From contig JBHGNT010000003.1 of assembly GCA_043228905.1 (NCBI GenBank), positions 15,624,001 to 15,688,000 of the forward strand: DNA of 64,000 bases, read 5' to 3'. Shown here piece by piece: positions 26,086 to 39,415 of this stretch. Every line of letters begins with the position of its first letter. Positions within the stretch are counted from its first letter, which is position 1. Below the pieces are notes generated by a model that saw nothing but the letters and a program-made list of their open reading frames with translations, made no database searches and had not been told where the DNA came from. The stretch comes from Azolla caroliniana. Lineage: Eukaryota; Plantae; Polypodiophyta. The position numbers and the translations under genes are program-made.

Positions 26086-26982
26086 TGTCGTGCCTTTCAG
26101 CTCCGGATCGTTGTGTGAGTTGGGTGGGAACCGCTGGGGTTTTGGACTAGGAGGAAAGAAAATTCTAAGGCAATTAAGAATATGAAATATATTGTAAGAA
26201 AGAAAGATATGAAAAACTCGTGAATCCCACGAGTATAGTGTATTTGTGAGTACTCAAATTAAGAGAGAAAAAAATAGTTAGCAAACTCGTGGATCCCACG
26301 ATTATATTATATTAATCAACCCTTGTAAAAATAATCAACAACCTCTATACATCTTTCTCTCTTCCTTATATAGTGTTGGAAGAATCTAAGTTTATCCCAT
26401 GCAAGCATCATGCTTTTCCTATCTTTAGTTTTCATGCACCCTGCATGTGTATCATTAGCTTTCTATCTCATCATTTCTTTTTACTCGAGTGTCTATGCAT
26501 GAATAACTTTTTGTACCATGCATGTCTAGAATATTTACATGGGATTAAGTTTAGTATAACTTTAAAATTCATAATACGCTAGTATAATGATAAGGCTTAA
26601 CATTATTAACATGGAGGTGCAAGGTTCAAATATTGCCCTATGCATGTAATATATAATTTTATACTTTCTTCTATTTACAAATATGTCTCTTCATCTGGTG
26701 AGAGACTCTCACCGGCCTTCTTCATCCGGCTCTTGCTGGTTCTGCTTCATCTGGTTCTCGCTAGTTTTCTTTATCTGGTTCTTACCGGATCCTCCTTACC
26801 GGTCCTCTTCGTCCGTTTCCCACCGACTCTCACCGGCCTTCTTCATTCGGCTCTTGCCGGTTCTCCTTACCGGTTTCGGTCCTCACCGGTTCTTCGTTTT
26901 GGTTCTCACTGGGTACTCCATATCCTATCTGGAGAAACAAAAAATGTAATTTTTCACGTAGTGTGCGAATTACACTACGACA
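26086..26982 (-). repeat. 3' LTR of Trp-primed Gypsy
   Basis: tgtcgt...acgaca termini; direct repeat of 32635-33534; internal ccggttc repeat array. Confidence 0.93.
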
Positions 26983-27038
26983 CTCGCCCCTTTCGAACCC
27001 GCACATCCTCCGGTATGTGCTGAAGTCCCCGATGCTTG

Positions 27039-30000
27039 CTATTCACCTTCATCCGAAGCTTCCTCCAATTCTTCCCTTAAGTCGATTATGAGTTGTAATC
27101 CACTTTCTTCGCTTTCTGCATCACCGCGATCTTCGTCCGATTGCTCCTTCTTGTTGGTCTTGTCTAGGTTCACATAGGGTTCTTCATCAATCTGCTTCTT
27201 GAAAATCTTCACCCGTTTCCCGGCTATAGGCACTCGTAGCATTGTTCCATCCAACTCGCATAGTCGGTAAGTTCCGTTGTCGAAAACTTTCCGAACCTCG
27301 TATGGCCCGAACCACCTTTTCGCGAACTTCCGCATCGTTGTATGTTGATGATCCAAACTATTGTCGTAGACAATCACCCAATCTCCTTCTTCAATCTTCC
27401 GCGGTCGTAGTCGGTGCTTTGTGTCGAATCGGCTTTTATTCCGGAATCGCGCTTCTTGTTGTCGGCGTATTGCTTCCGCTATGTCTTCCGGTCTTCCCTC
27501 TAGTTGTCGTATCCGGACCGCTAGTAGTTCTTCCCGGCTCATCTCTTCCTTCCATGGTAGCACTGTCCATGTCGCGATTGCGGTTTCTGTCGGCATTACT
27601 AGTGCTTGTCTGGTCATGAGTTCTGCCGGCATGTAACCGGTTACGGAGCTATGCGTCGTCCGATCCGCCCATAGTGCATACGGAAGCATCGGCGGCCAAT
27701 CCTTCACCCTTCCATCGCATGCCTTCGCAAGTGCTTTGACAATCGGACTATGTCCTCGTTCGATCTTCCCGTTGGCTTCCGGATTGTATGCCGTTGTCAG
27801 TGTTAACCGAACTCCATGTTTAGTGAAGAATTCCTTAGCTTTATCAGAGTCGAGTTCTCCCCGATCCGCAATCACTTGTCCTACGCATCCGTACCTGCAA
27901 AACACTTCTTCCAAAAGGAATTGGCATACAGTAGAACACGTTTTCCTTCGTAGCGCCCGACCTTCTACTTGGTTTGTGAGATCTTCCCGAGCTAACACCA
28001 AGTACTTCTTTTGTCCGATCCCGGTTGGCATGGCTACAATATCGACCATCCATTTGAAGTTGATTGTTGGTGAGAATGTCGGATGTAACTCATCTCGGTG
28101 TCGAATTCCAGAGTAGATTTGACACTTCTCGCAACTTTCCGTGAACTCCACTATATCTTTGTACATGTTCTTCCACCAATATTTTTGTTTGATTTTCACA
28201 AAAGTTGCCCATGTTCCTCGATGTCCAGCCCAATCGGATTCGTGAAATTCGGACATTATCCGGTTTCGTTGCTCTTTCGTCCCGACTACTCAAAGTGGTA
28301 TGCCATCTGGTCTTTTCGACTCCCTCCATAGTAATCCATTTTTCAAGAAGAACTTTCGGACTTGCCGCTTCTTACTTCGGATCTCGGCTCTCTTCTCTTT
28401 ATTGTCCGATGATTCCTCGATTTCTTGTAGCACTTTCCCGATCAACAAGCTTTCTCCCTCGTATTCTTCTTCCTGGAATTCTCGGCTTACGTTCACCCGA
28501 CATATGTGCTCCGAAGCAAAGTAGTCTTCGGAAACTTCTTCATTATCGGATTCGGTTATGTTATCTCCGAACCACGCCGTTGACAACATATCCGCTACCG
28601 CGTTGTCTTTTCCGGAGATGTGTTGTACCTCCGGATTAAGCGACTTAACATATGCAATCCATCTTAGCATAGCCACATCCGGTATCGTGCAACACCGCAT
28701 CATCCCGAGTATCGGAAGACAATCCGTTTCGATCACTACTTCGGCTCCGATCAAATAATCTTGATCCGATTTGGTTGCCGACACGACTCCCCATAATTCT
28801 GTTTTAACTTGTGCATATCCGCGTTGCCTTTCGTTGAGAACCTTTGCTCTGAATCAGATCGGATATCGCGAACCTTCCGGATCAGCTTGATTGATGACCC
28901 ATCCAATTCCAGTTGGACTTGTGTCAACCGTTACTATGATCGGTCGGTCATAGTTTGGCTTCTTTAGTGCTTTTGCCCTCCGTAGTGATTTCTTGAGCTT
29001 CTTCACGGCTTTGGTATGCTCCGGTTTCCATTCAAACTTCTTACCCTTCCGCAACAAGTGATAGAGTGGGTCCGCTATATGTGCATAGTGCGGAATCCAT
29101 ATGTGGTAGAATGCACATGCTCCAAGGAACCTTCGAACTTCAGATTGTGACTCGCATACTTCTTTCATAGCTTGAATCGCGTCGATCTTGGTTGGTGACG
29201 GTCTTCGGCCGTAGGGCCCACATAGATGTCCGACTACCAATATTTCTTCTTGCCCGAATGCCGATTTCTCACCGGAAAGTGTTAGGTGCACATCTTCTAA
29301 CTTTCGAAGCACTTTCTCGCAATCACGAATATGGTCGACTACGAACTTTCGGCATCCCCGATCATCCATAGTTTCATCTTTTTCTTCTACCGCGCATCCT
29401 TTCATTGGAATGTCATCTAGGAACGGCATCGTTATCTCCGGAATGCAGTCTCGAAGCACCTTGTTCATCGCATTCATCATATGTGCGACCGAGTTCGTTG
29501 CGCCTTATGGTAGCGTACACATCCGGACTAATCCTATCGGTGTCCGCATGGTAATGATGTCTCGGCTCTTCACAGCTAGTTGGAATTGGTCATATCCGGA
29601 GTATAGGTCTCCGATGGAGTATATCGCGCGACCGGCAAATGCTTCTGCAAATTCGTCCGCTATTGGACCGACTCCGGAGTTCCGGATCGTGACCTTGTTC
29701 TGTTGCAAATCTTGAATAAATCGGAGTGACCCATTCTTCTTCGGAACCATAAACCATCGATTTGAGTACGGAGCATTTGATGGCTCTAGAATCCCCATCG
29801 CCACCTTCTCCTTGAGCAAGTTGATGATTTTTGGAATATGCGCCCGTGGCACCGGAATCGGCTTCAGGTTCCACAACACATGGTCAATCGTGAAGATTAC
29901 CATCGGCTCCACTATCTTCGGGTCAACGCATCCTATTTCTTTCGATGTAAATGCAAATGCTCTCCCATGCCGCTCTAGCATCCCACAGAATCTTTCTTCT

Positions 30001-32617
30001 TCATTCTTTAATAGGAACCTAACTCCACCGATCCGAAGTTTCTTCCGGGTCTCATCCGTGAAGGCATGTCCGATATCCATGGACTTCCGATGTGTCAGAT
30101 TCCCCGAGACTTCTTTCCTCTTTTGTTCACTATCTGCGGGTAACGGTCCCGCGGCCGGTTTCACTTTCTTCTCCACGGTCTTGTATTTCGTACTTACCAT
30201 TGCTTCTTCTTTGCGGAGCGCATCCGGCCCCATTTTCACAATGATCTCGTACATCTCGACCGACTCCACTGGAATTACCTGGTTTCCCTGGCTTGTATCT
30301 TCCGCGAGCTCTTCAAGACGTTATAGTGTGTTCCCATAGAACACTTCTTCGACTATTCCCACGATTTCTTTGTCTTCTTTTATTATTGATGCCTACCGTA
30401 ACTTATCCTCCACTTTTTGGTATTCTTTCTTCATTCCTCTGGTTACGGCCATGTACGTGGATGCCCCATCCGGACCGATTCTTACTTGTTTTGCACCGAG
30501 AGGTTTCTTCCTGTGTGGGGTATTAGGGCTTCTCGGACTATCACTTCCCCACTCCGCAACAGTCCGCTCTAAAAATCCATTCTTGTTTGGTATAAGAGCT
30601 CTCTCTTGTTCCTTTCATGATTTGCCGGTACCGTTAGGAATTGGACGGATTTCCCTTCGTTTTGGCTCCGAATTCGTGCAAAAGCCGCACCGCAATCGAG
30701 CACCTTCGTGTCCATCTATGATGCCGTGATAAAGGGTTGCCCGAGGATCACAGAGTGTGAGACCTCGTCTTGTATGAAGAAATTTTGGTCGATCTCAACA
30801 TCCCCGATCTTCACCATCACATCCGGACAAGCCGCAAATAGATCTTCCGTTGCTTTAGTGGCTGCCCGGATCTTCCATCCATGATTGGTGTTAATAGGCC
30901 ACTTCCCCTTCCGGTAGAACTCTTTGGACATCAAATTGATCTCCGATCCGTGATCAATCAATGCTAGTACGGGCTCTTTGATGTTGCCGATCCGGATTGG
31001 AGTCTCCGTAGTTGCACGCACCCAGTGTGGCTTTGTATTGTGGGAATTCGGAATCTCGTCCTCCACTTTGGTATCGTTCATCAAAACGGTATTTGCATTC
31101 ACCATCGGCGCATTTTCCTCCGTAGTTTGTCTTTTTCTTTTTACGAGATCCACAAGAAGATCATGGAACTCTTTTTTTGCTATTCCGAGTAGTTCCCGAA
31201 GCGAAAAATCTACCCGGCTGTCAAGGATTCTCTCCTCGAACACCTTTTTCAAGTCCGTTTGTTGTTCGATGTCTGAGGCAAGCTTGAATGCCGGAATCGT
31301 TTTTCCTTTCCCTCTTCCGTCGGAGTTCCAACTCTCCGGTGTGTTCGATGGTCCAGCCGCATCCTCCATGCGTCGCCGCTTCTCGTCCACATATACCTCA
31401 TGTAATTGACATAGGGCGTATACGCTATTCTTATCGACGTGGCACTCCCATCCCGTAGCTTCCCGGATGCCTTCCGCGGTGCTTCGGATCTCGTTAGAGT
31501 TGGTTTTCTCGGTGTTTTCTAGCACTTCCAGCCAAAAAGACACCTTTGCTCCCGATGACTCCCCGACACGTATTCCCGCGGTTGTCGCGTAATTGCTCTT
31601 CACCGCTATTTCCTCCTCTAGGACCTTCTTCATGCCGCCTTTTCGGAAGTTCGGTCAGAGCGGCTTCCTAGATTCCATCGAAAGAATCCAATTTCCCTCG
31701 TAGTAGATAAGATCCTGTCGTAGCGCTTCCTTGTGCTCATTGCAATCCCTCCGATCATGTTCGGTGCTATCGCACCATATGCATCGACGGTCCATATACT
31801 TGGAACTTGTGGGATGGTCATCCGACTTCTTCACCATCACGATTTTTAGATTCTCCATCTCCTTCAGCAACTGCTCCACCGTAGTTGCGTCGATTCCCTT
31901 CTCAGTCATAGCTTCCCGAGCCTGCGGTTGATGGTCTTCCGATCCGGATCTCGGTTTCGGAATCGGTTCCGAAACCCTCTTTTCTTCGTTGGCAAGCCAT
32001 TGCCCTCTCTTTGTGTATCACGCTACGATATCCCGGACGCTTTCCCATGTTTCAGTGAGGCCACTCTCGGTAGTCGTGTCCTCTAGAAGCACTCCAAGAT
32101 CCTTCCGGTCCCGGAAGAACATGATAACTTTGTCCGGTGCGAGGATAGCTTGATCTCTCGCAGACAACCTCCTGAACCGACTTTCGAATGCCGAAAACAC
32201 ATCGAGGACCTTCATCCCCTTGTCCGGCGTTTCTACCCAATCCTCGAATCCTCTCTGCGTTGCCTTGGAGGAGTCCTCGATAGTGAACGTGGTCTTTAGC
32301 GTCTCTTCAAATGCTTCCCACGTCGGATTTTGTTGTCGTGGCACGTGGATACTTGCTTGAAGCCCGTCGGTAGCTACTTGGTTGAAGGATGTCACTTGCA
32401 GTCCTTCTGAAATCCCGCATCGTATCATTTCTGCCTTGTAGTCCCGAAGATAGCGCGATACGTCCTTCCCGTTGAATTGCCCGATCCGTTGCACGAGCCG
32501 CTCTACTGCCGCCGCTATCTCCGACATCGCACGTTGTTCTTGAAGCATCCGCTTGAACATCATCATCATGTTGTTAGCCTCCGGTTGATTTTCCATCTCC
32601 TTGCCACCTGTGTTCAC
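27039..32617 (-). pseudogene. Gypsy gag-pol, multiple stops and frameshifts
   Basis: gag 32018..32617 and 31655..31909 (CIWCDSTEHDRRDC); protease IDHGSEINLMS; RT DLYSGYDQF and PFLDD; RNase H VDTSP/ETDCL; integrase HESDWAGH..CEKC, VDIV, ADRG, IERGH, WFGPY. Confidence 0.92.
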
Positions 32618-32630
32618 GTCGGGTTCACCA
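32615..32630 (-). other. Primer-binding site complementary to the 3' end of plant tRNA-Trp
   Basis: + strand CACGTCGGGTTCACCA matches the plant cytosolic tRNA-Trp 3' end (from recall); lies 4 nt from the LTR. Confidence 0.8.
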
Positions 32631-32634
32631 CTTG

Positions 32635-33534
32635 TGTCATGCCTTTCAGCTCTGGATCGTTGCGTGAGTCGGGTGGGAACCGCTGGGGTTTTGGACTAGG
32701 AGGAAAGAAAATTCTAAGGCAATTAAGAATATGAAATATATTGTAAGAAAGAAAGATATGAAAAACTCGTGAATCCCACGAGTATAGTGTATTTGTGAGT
32801 ACTCAAATTAAGAGAGAAAAAGAAAAAGTTAGCAAACTTGTGGATCCCACAATTATATTACATTAATCAACCCTTGTAAAAATAATCAAACAACCTCTAT
32901 ACATCTTTCTCTCTTCCTTATATAGTGTTGGAAGAGTCTAAGTTTATCCCATGCAAGCATCATGCTTTTCCTATCTTTAGTTTTCATGCACCCTGCATGT
33001 GCGTCATTAGTTTTCTATCTCATCTTTTCATTTAACTCGAGTGTCTATGCATGAATAACTTTTTGTACCATGCATGTCTAGAATATTTACATGGGATTAA
33101 GTTTAGCATAACTTTAAAATTCATAATACACTAGTATAATGATAAGGCTTAACATTATTAACATGGAGGTGCAAGGTTCGAATCTTGCCCTATGCATGTA
33201 ATATATAATTTTATACTTTCTTCTATTTACAAATATGTCTCTTCATCTAGTGAGAGACTCTCACTGGCCTTCTTCATCCGGCTCTTGCCGGTTCTGCTTC
33301 ACCCGGTTCTCGCCGGTTTTCTTTATCCGGTTCTTACCGGATCCTCCTTACCGGTCCTCTTCGTCCGTTTCTCACCGACTCTCACCGGCCTTCTTCATCC
33401 GGCTCTTGCCGGCTCTCCTTACCGGTTTCGGTCCTCACCGGTTCTTCGTTTCGGTTCTCACTGGGTACTCCATATCCTATCCGGAGAAACAAAAAATGTA
33501 ATTTTTCACGTAGTGTGCGAATTATACTACAAGA
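32635..33534 (-). repeat. 5' LTR of Trp-primed Gypsy
   Basis: Direct repeat of 26086-26982; outer end mutated (acaaga vs acgaca). Confidence 0.92.
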
Positions 33535-34493
33535 GTATATTAATCCGGTCGGCCGTACTGAGCTAGTGTCCGCCATCTGAAGCCAAAACGGGTACAGTTC
33601 CCAGTCCTGGATTCCCAGCGTGTTACACGTTCGGAGGCTGATCACGTTCACGTCGGATCCTCCATCGATAATCGTGCCTGGTAGCTCCTTTCCTTTCACG
33701 ATGGCTGTGATTTCCGGACTGCTCGTGTCCACCATTGCCGGTCCTTCCTCCAGATTCGAAAAGAATGCCAGAGCTGGTGGTGTGTTAGCTGCCATCCTTC
33801 CTCTGTTCAGTCCTTCCGTGAAGCGTGGTACCAGTTTCAACAGCCGGCCTAATGACAACTTGATTTGGCATTCTTGTAACGCCTGCCATGTTGGGTTTTC
33901 GGGTTGCCCCGGGCCGATGAGCTCTTCGGCATTCTCCTTTTGTTGTTCGAGCTCTGCCGCATTCCGCTCATTTGCCTTCTTCACCCATTCGGTTGCCTGC
34001 TTCCGGATGGCTTCTTGAGTTTCCCACTCTATGGCTTTGCCTTTTGATCTTATGGTGAGTTGTCCGCGACTTCCGCGTCTACCATGTTCATCGTTGGTCG
34101 CTTGTCCACGACTTCTGCGTCTACCATGTTCACCGTTGGTCGCTTGTTGTAGGTTTTCGCCGGACATTGATTACTATAGTGGTCCTCTTGCCAACAATAA
34201 TAACAGTACGGCTTCCGGGTGTTGCTGGATTCAGCGTGTGTGCTTGGTGGCGGACCGGGGGTAAGTGCTTGGTTTTGGTCTGGTTGGCTGCTCGGAGCGC
34301 CCTTTTCCGGTTCTTGTGGATGACCCCCCTTTTTGTTGAAATGACGTTTCTTATTGAAATTCTTTTTGTTGTGGTATCCTTGCCGAGGCTGGTCGTCATC
34401 CTTGCCATAGTCGTCCCGTCGGTGGTTGTAACCAGGGGAGTGATCCCGGTTATATCTTTCATACCGTCCATTATAGTCCCGGTTGTTATTCAA
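33535..34493 (-). pseudogene. Gag C-terminus and aspartic protease of a different Gypsy element
   Basis: CYYCWQEDHYSNQC knuckle, IIDGGSDVNVIS protease motif, WLQMADTSSVRPTGLI; 42-bp tandem duplication at ~34060-34147. Confidence 0.85.
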
Positions 34494-34757
34494 ATATTCT
34501 TGTGTTTTTTTCCATTTTTTAGGCTTATTTACCTCATAATAAATAGTGAATTCAAACGTATGACATTTATCATTCTTTGAGGGTGTTTTTCTTGCACGTA
34601 CGGTATGTATGGTTCATACTATGGTCCCTCATGTTCACTCGTGTACCATTCTCCGGTGAGAACCGCGCATGGTCAACCACTCAACCTACTTTGGTTTTCT
34701 GTTTTAGCTCACCCCTACACCACGCTTCCGAAAAGGCGGTCGTAAAGGGGAGGATAA

Positions 34758-37700
34758 TGTTAGGGACATGCCAATAGTCATGTCATGGTTCGAACTCTTC
34801 ACCTCTTGTATATAGTGAAGTGTTATATTTAACCTACACATCCAAATACATGTGAAAAGAATGGCGTGCGGAAGCAATATAGGAAAACCGAACAACAGAA
34901 AACGCAGGTTTAATGGAAAGCTTAGGTTTGCACAATACGCACGGGAGAGACAGAGAGAGAGTAAACACAAGAACTTAATTCAAAAAGATAATACTCAATC
35001 TGTACATAGGATGTGCTCAGTGAGCACTTTTATACATGCCTTGACAATGGGCTGACACAAGTACTGACAGTACTTGATTGCTCGTAAATGAGCCTCGACA
35101 CTTACTCCCAAAACTATTCCTTATGAGGAATGTCTTTCTAATGGCCTTTTGGATTACGCACCGATACGGCCTTCCTACGCACCAGTCTGCGTAACGGTTT
35201 ACGCATCCGTTTTATGCACCGGTCCGGCCTAACTGATCGGTCCCAACCGATCCGGTCTTCGGCTTGCTCAGCCGATCCGGCCGATGTTGAGCTTGTCTCT
35301 CAACACTCTCCCTCAAGCTCAACTTGAGGCTCTTCGGGATCACCATTCCGGTTCCTCCTGGCTCCACGCCTCGCTCACGCTCCTCAGCCTGTTCGACTCC
35401 GAGCGCTTCGACCCTTCCGATCGATACGGCCCTTCACAGTTCGCTTGCTGTCGCGGTGTTGGCGCTTCTCCTGCTGCCTTCTTTTCCGCTTGGCCCTTGG
35501 TTGATTCAGTGTATCCGAATCAAACATTCAAACTGACTCGGCTACCTCCGATCGGTTTTCGCTCTCGTTCGAGTTGGTTGTCTCCAACTCGTCTTCGGTC
35601 TTTTCGCCCTTGACGGCGTCATCTCCCCCATGCTTGGTTGGCTTCGGCTCTTCCTTTTGGCTGCTCCCCTTATGTCCGCTTTTGGACTCTTTCACGGATC
35701 CGCCCTCAGCTTCTTCAGCCGATCCGAAGTCGAATTCGTCATACGACTCGGTGTCGCGGTCTTCTCCACTCCTCCCCTACTTCCTTCCGTGGTCATTCGG
35801 GACATCTCTCCCACTCAAGTTCAGCACGTCGAGGTGACGCAACCCAAGCGCACCTGAGAATTGCCTCAACTTGTCCAGACCAAGAGGCTTGGTGAAGATG
35901 TCGGCGATCTGCCGATCCGTCGGAACATGCGGAAGGTCGACTTCACCAAAAAGAACACGCTCACGAACAAAATGGTAGTGCCTCAATGTGCTTGGTCCGT
36001 GTGTGGAAAATGGGGTTCTTTGCGAGCTGGATGCTGCTGAGATTGTCGCAATAGATTGTCGTCGGATCGGATACCTCCACCTGCAGATCCTTAAGTAACC
36101 ACTTCAACCATATGGCTTCGCATGTCGCGACAACCGCTCCTCTATAATCAGCTTCGGTGCTCGACAATGAAACTGTCAACTGCTTCTTGCTACTCCACGC
36201 TATCGCGGCACTCCCAAGAGAGAACGCGTATCCGAACATGGATCGGCGATCGGCGGCGTTGCCAACCCAATCAACATCGGTGTAGACGACCAACTACGGG
36301 GTTGTACCAGTCCGATATAGCAGTCCCTGCTCCTTAGTGCCGCTTACGTACCACAGTACACATTGTGCACATTAAAGGTGCTCCTCGGTAGGTCGCGCCA
36401 TGAATTGACTGATCACCCCGACCGGATAACTGAGGTCGGGTCGGGTGATTGTCAAGCAGATAAGGCTTCCAACAATCTGTCGGAACCTCGTCGGGTTGCA
36501 TACCTTGCTGGAATTGGGGCGAAGCTTGACGGTTCTATCCAAAGGAGTCGAGATGGACTTCTAGTCTGCCATCCCGAATTTGAAGAGCATATTTAGCGCG
36601 TAATGACATTGGCTGATCAGTATGCCTTCGGGGGTGCCGATCACTTCGATCCCGAGGAAGTAATGAAGGTCCCCCAGATCCTTCATGTCGAATGATGCCC
36701 CAAGCTGGAGCTTCACGTGGTTGATTTCACCTAGGTCGGCACCGGTGATGACCAAGTCATCAACATAGAGTAAAATACTGACTAGCTCGAATCGACCTTT
36801 CCGAACGAACAGTGAGGAGTCCGATTTTGACGTCGCAAAGCCCATCCGACATAGTCGATGTGTGATTTTCGCGTTCTAGGGACGCAGGGCTTGCTTCAGT
36901 CCGTAAAGGGACTTCTTCAATCGACACATTGCTGACGTGTTCGTTCCGGAGTGAAATCCGGGGGGCTGTACCATGTACACCTCTTCCTCAAGCTCACCTT
37001 GCAGGAACACATTCTTTACATCCATCTGATGTAAGTGCCACCCCTTGGCCGCGGCTACCGTGAGCAAAACACGGACGGTCATCATCTTCGCGATTGGCGC
37101 AAACGTCTCATCGTAGTCGATGTCGTGTTTCTGCGCGTAGCCTTTCACTACTAACCGGGCCTTATATCGGTTGACCGAGCCGTCGGTGTTGTACTTGACC
37201 TTGTACACCCACCTACATCCGATCAGCTTCACACTCTTCGGTGCGTCAACTAGGTCCCAGGTCTCATTTTCCACCAATGCGTGCATCTCTTCCTCCATCG
37301 CAGTGCGCCAATTCGCGTCCATAGCCACTTCTGCGTAGCTCTCCGGCTCACGCAGTTTTGCTACACGGGTCATGTACGCATAATGATGCGCCATGTACTC
37401 GTTGTATCCAAACCACACAACTGGGTTCTTCTGGCGGGTAGATCGGCGTACTAGGTCATTAGCCGATATCGAGGTCTTCACGGCCGACGCAGACTTCGCT
37501 CTTGAAGACCAGTCACCGCTGCCCTCGGAGTCGAACTCACGTTGGTCTGACTCGTTCCTATCCGTGTCGGAATCCAACACCTTCTTCTTCCCTTTCTCTT
37601 TGTGCGTAAGCCGTCTCCTCGGCTTCCTGTGCGGGGAATTCACGGACGTACCGACTCAGTTGTTCATTCGGTCCACTCAACCGAAACGAAAATAGACTCT

Positions 37701-38152
37701 CTTTACGCATCCGTTTTACACACCGGTCCGGCCTAACCGATCGGTCCCAACCGATCGGGTCCTCGGCTTGTTCGACCGATCTGGCCGATGTTGAGCTTGT
37801 CTCTCAACAACATGGTTATGTAATTTATATCTTAGTAGATTATTAGTAGATTATCTATTCCAAGTTCTAGGAGTTTTTAGAAGCTTCCAGAAAGCTCCAG
37901 AAGCTTCTGCATGAAAATGGGTCGATGCATGGAACTAAAGGTAGAGGCCACAAACATGTATAAATACTTGTAACTTCCGTGATCCCTTTCTAGGGATGCG
38001 ACACCAATCATTGACACATCAATCTAGTATTCTTGTTTAGCCCCATCTTCTCTCCTTTATTTACATTTCTTTCTTTATGCTCTTGTATTGTTTCTAGTGT
38101 CTTAAGTTCCTCATCTCGTCGCTCCCAACTTCCCGAGTTTGTAGCCTCATCA
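34758..38152 (+). repeat. 3' LTR of an unidentified element, split by Copia B
   Basis: PPT aaaggggaggataa followed by TGTTAGGG at 34758; resumes at 37815 with TATAAATA (~37959) and ends ...cctcatca. Right end inferred. Confidence 0.55.
34853..37809 (-). mobile_element. Ty1/Copia (family B), internally deleted: retains RT-RNase H, full 3' LTR and only ~110 bp of the 5' LTR
   Basis: TSD ACATG (34848-34852, 37810-37814); LTR 34853-35305; 37701-37809 repeats 35198-35305. RT motifs [23 protein letters not shown]; RNase H YCDN, RTKHIE. Confidence 0.9.
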
Positions 38153-38159
38153 CGTTGAG

Positions 38160-38830
38160 TTCCACGTTCGTAACCTTATCAGTCGTAACCTCGTCATCTG
38201 TGCTTTGTTGTAGTCTAGGGTTGGTGTCCGTGGCAGTTTGAATCCCTTCGAACTGGAAGCATCACCCATCCTCATCATTGCCCTTTCTTTTAGAGTTACT
38301 ATCATCACCATTCTTGTTTCTAGATTTACCGTCATCAACATTCCTTCTTTTTCTATCTTCCTTGCCATCTCTATCTCTTAGTTTCTTCCCATCATCGTTT
38401 GTGCCTTTTAGATTCTTCTTGTCCTCGACATATCTCTGTCTTTTAGTTTCTTCTTATCATCGTCTCTGTGTCTTTGTTCTTCTCATCATCGTCTTTGTCT
38501 TTTAGTTTCTTCTCATCTTCCACATATCTATCTCTGTGTTTCTTACCATCATCATCCCTATCTATATGTTTCGTATCATCTTTGTCCTTGTCATTTTCAT
38601 ATCACCATCATCCCTATTTATGTGTTTCTTTTTATCCTCAACGTCTCAATCTCTGTGTTTCTTATCCTCTTTATCTATTTCTTTATTTCCAGCAATGCCA
38701 TAGTCACAATCATTGCTTCCAGAGATGCTTCCTCAACATCATTGTCTTCATTGCTTCATCTTCGACATCGTCATCTTCAACACCTCTTGGTGTCTTCATC
38801 AACACTACTTTGCCTAGCCTTCATCAATGT
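38160..38830. repeat. CT-rich low-complexity region
   Basis: Degenerate tcatc/tctttgtc/tctctgt units; ORFs here are S/F/L-biased. Confidence 0.55.
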
Positions 38831-38837
38831 CAAGTGT

Positions 38838-39238
38838 TGTAGTTCCCGATTAGGATTGTACAACGTCGCTCACACTCGTGAATGTTCGTGTCTCCGGTGA
38901 GGACTGTGGGAAGCATGAGAATACAAAGTACACGGGAGAGACAGAGAGAGTAGAACAAAAACTAAATTCAAAATAATAGCACTCTCTGTTTTATACAATG
39001 TCCTACAGAACACTTTTTATACAAGTCCTTAAAAGGACATATAGAAGTACTGACAAGTACTTCAATGCTCACACGAGCGACTGGCGCTAACTCCAAAGAA
39101 TATGCCTACATACTAGGCTAAGATTGTAGGCCTCTAACGACCTACCGGTTACAATCCGATCCGGCTCTTCGTTCCGGATACCGATCCGGCTCTAGTTTAT
39201 TCAGCCGATCAAGATTCAGTTGAGCTTGTCCGCTCAAC
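38838..39238 (-). repeat. LTR related to Copia family B
   Basis: cacgggagagacagagagag, aagtactgaca and terminal gttgagcttgtccgctcaac shared with 34853-35305. Left end approximate; terminal A missing. Confidence 0.7.
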
Positions 39239-39415
39239 TGAGCTGATGAGAGAAGAACAGAAAGGAGAAGAACAGGGAGCAACAAAGAAGACGAGCCAGA
39301 GCCAAAGCCAGCTGAGCATTGGGGTAGAGTCAAAACGAGAAGAGAGCCGAGGAGACATCCGGTGAGATAGCCAAAGGTCCATTTGAAGAAGAATCAGAGA
39401 TAGCGAATTCAGACA

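Larger units (their letters stand above)
26086..33534 (-). mobile_element. Ty3/Gypsy LTR retrotransposon, tRNA-Trp primed, two LTRs, degenerate gag-PR-RT-RH-INT
   Basis: LTRs 26086-26982 and 32635-33534 (~900 bp); PBS 32615-32630; PPT (ctcgcccc on +) at 26983; Gypsy domain order. No TSD (tgcgc vs gtata). Confidence 0.93.

Noticed and set aside
26640-27023. Hydrophobic 127-aa ORF repeated at 33192-33566
   Set aside because: Antisense reading of the CT-rich LTR array; repeated only because LTRs are duplicated.
32615-32630. tRNA-Trp-like sequence
   Set aside because: Only 16 nt next to an LTR: a primer-binding site, not a tRNA gene.
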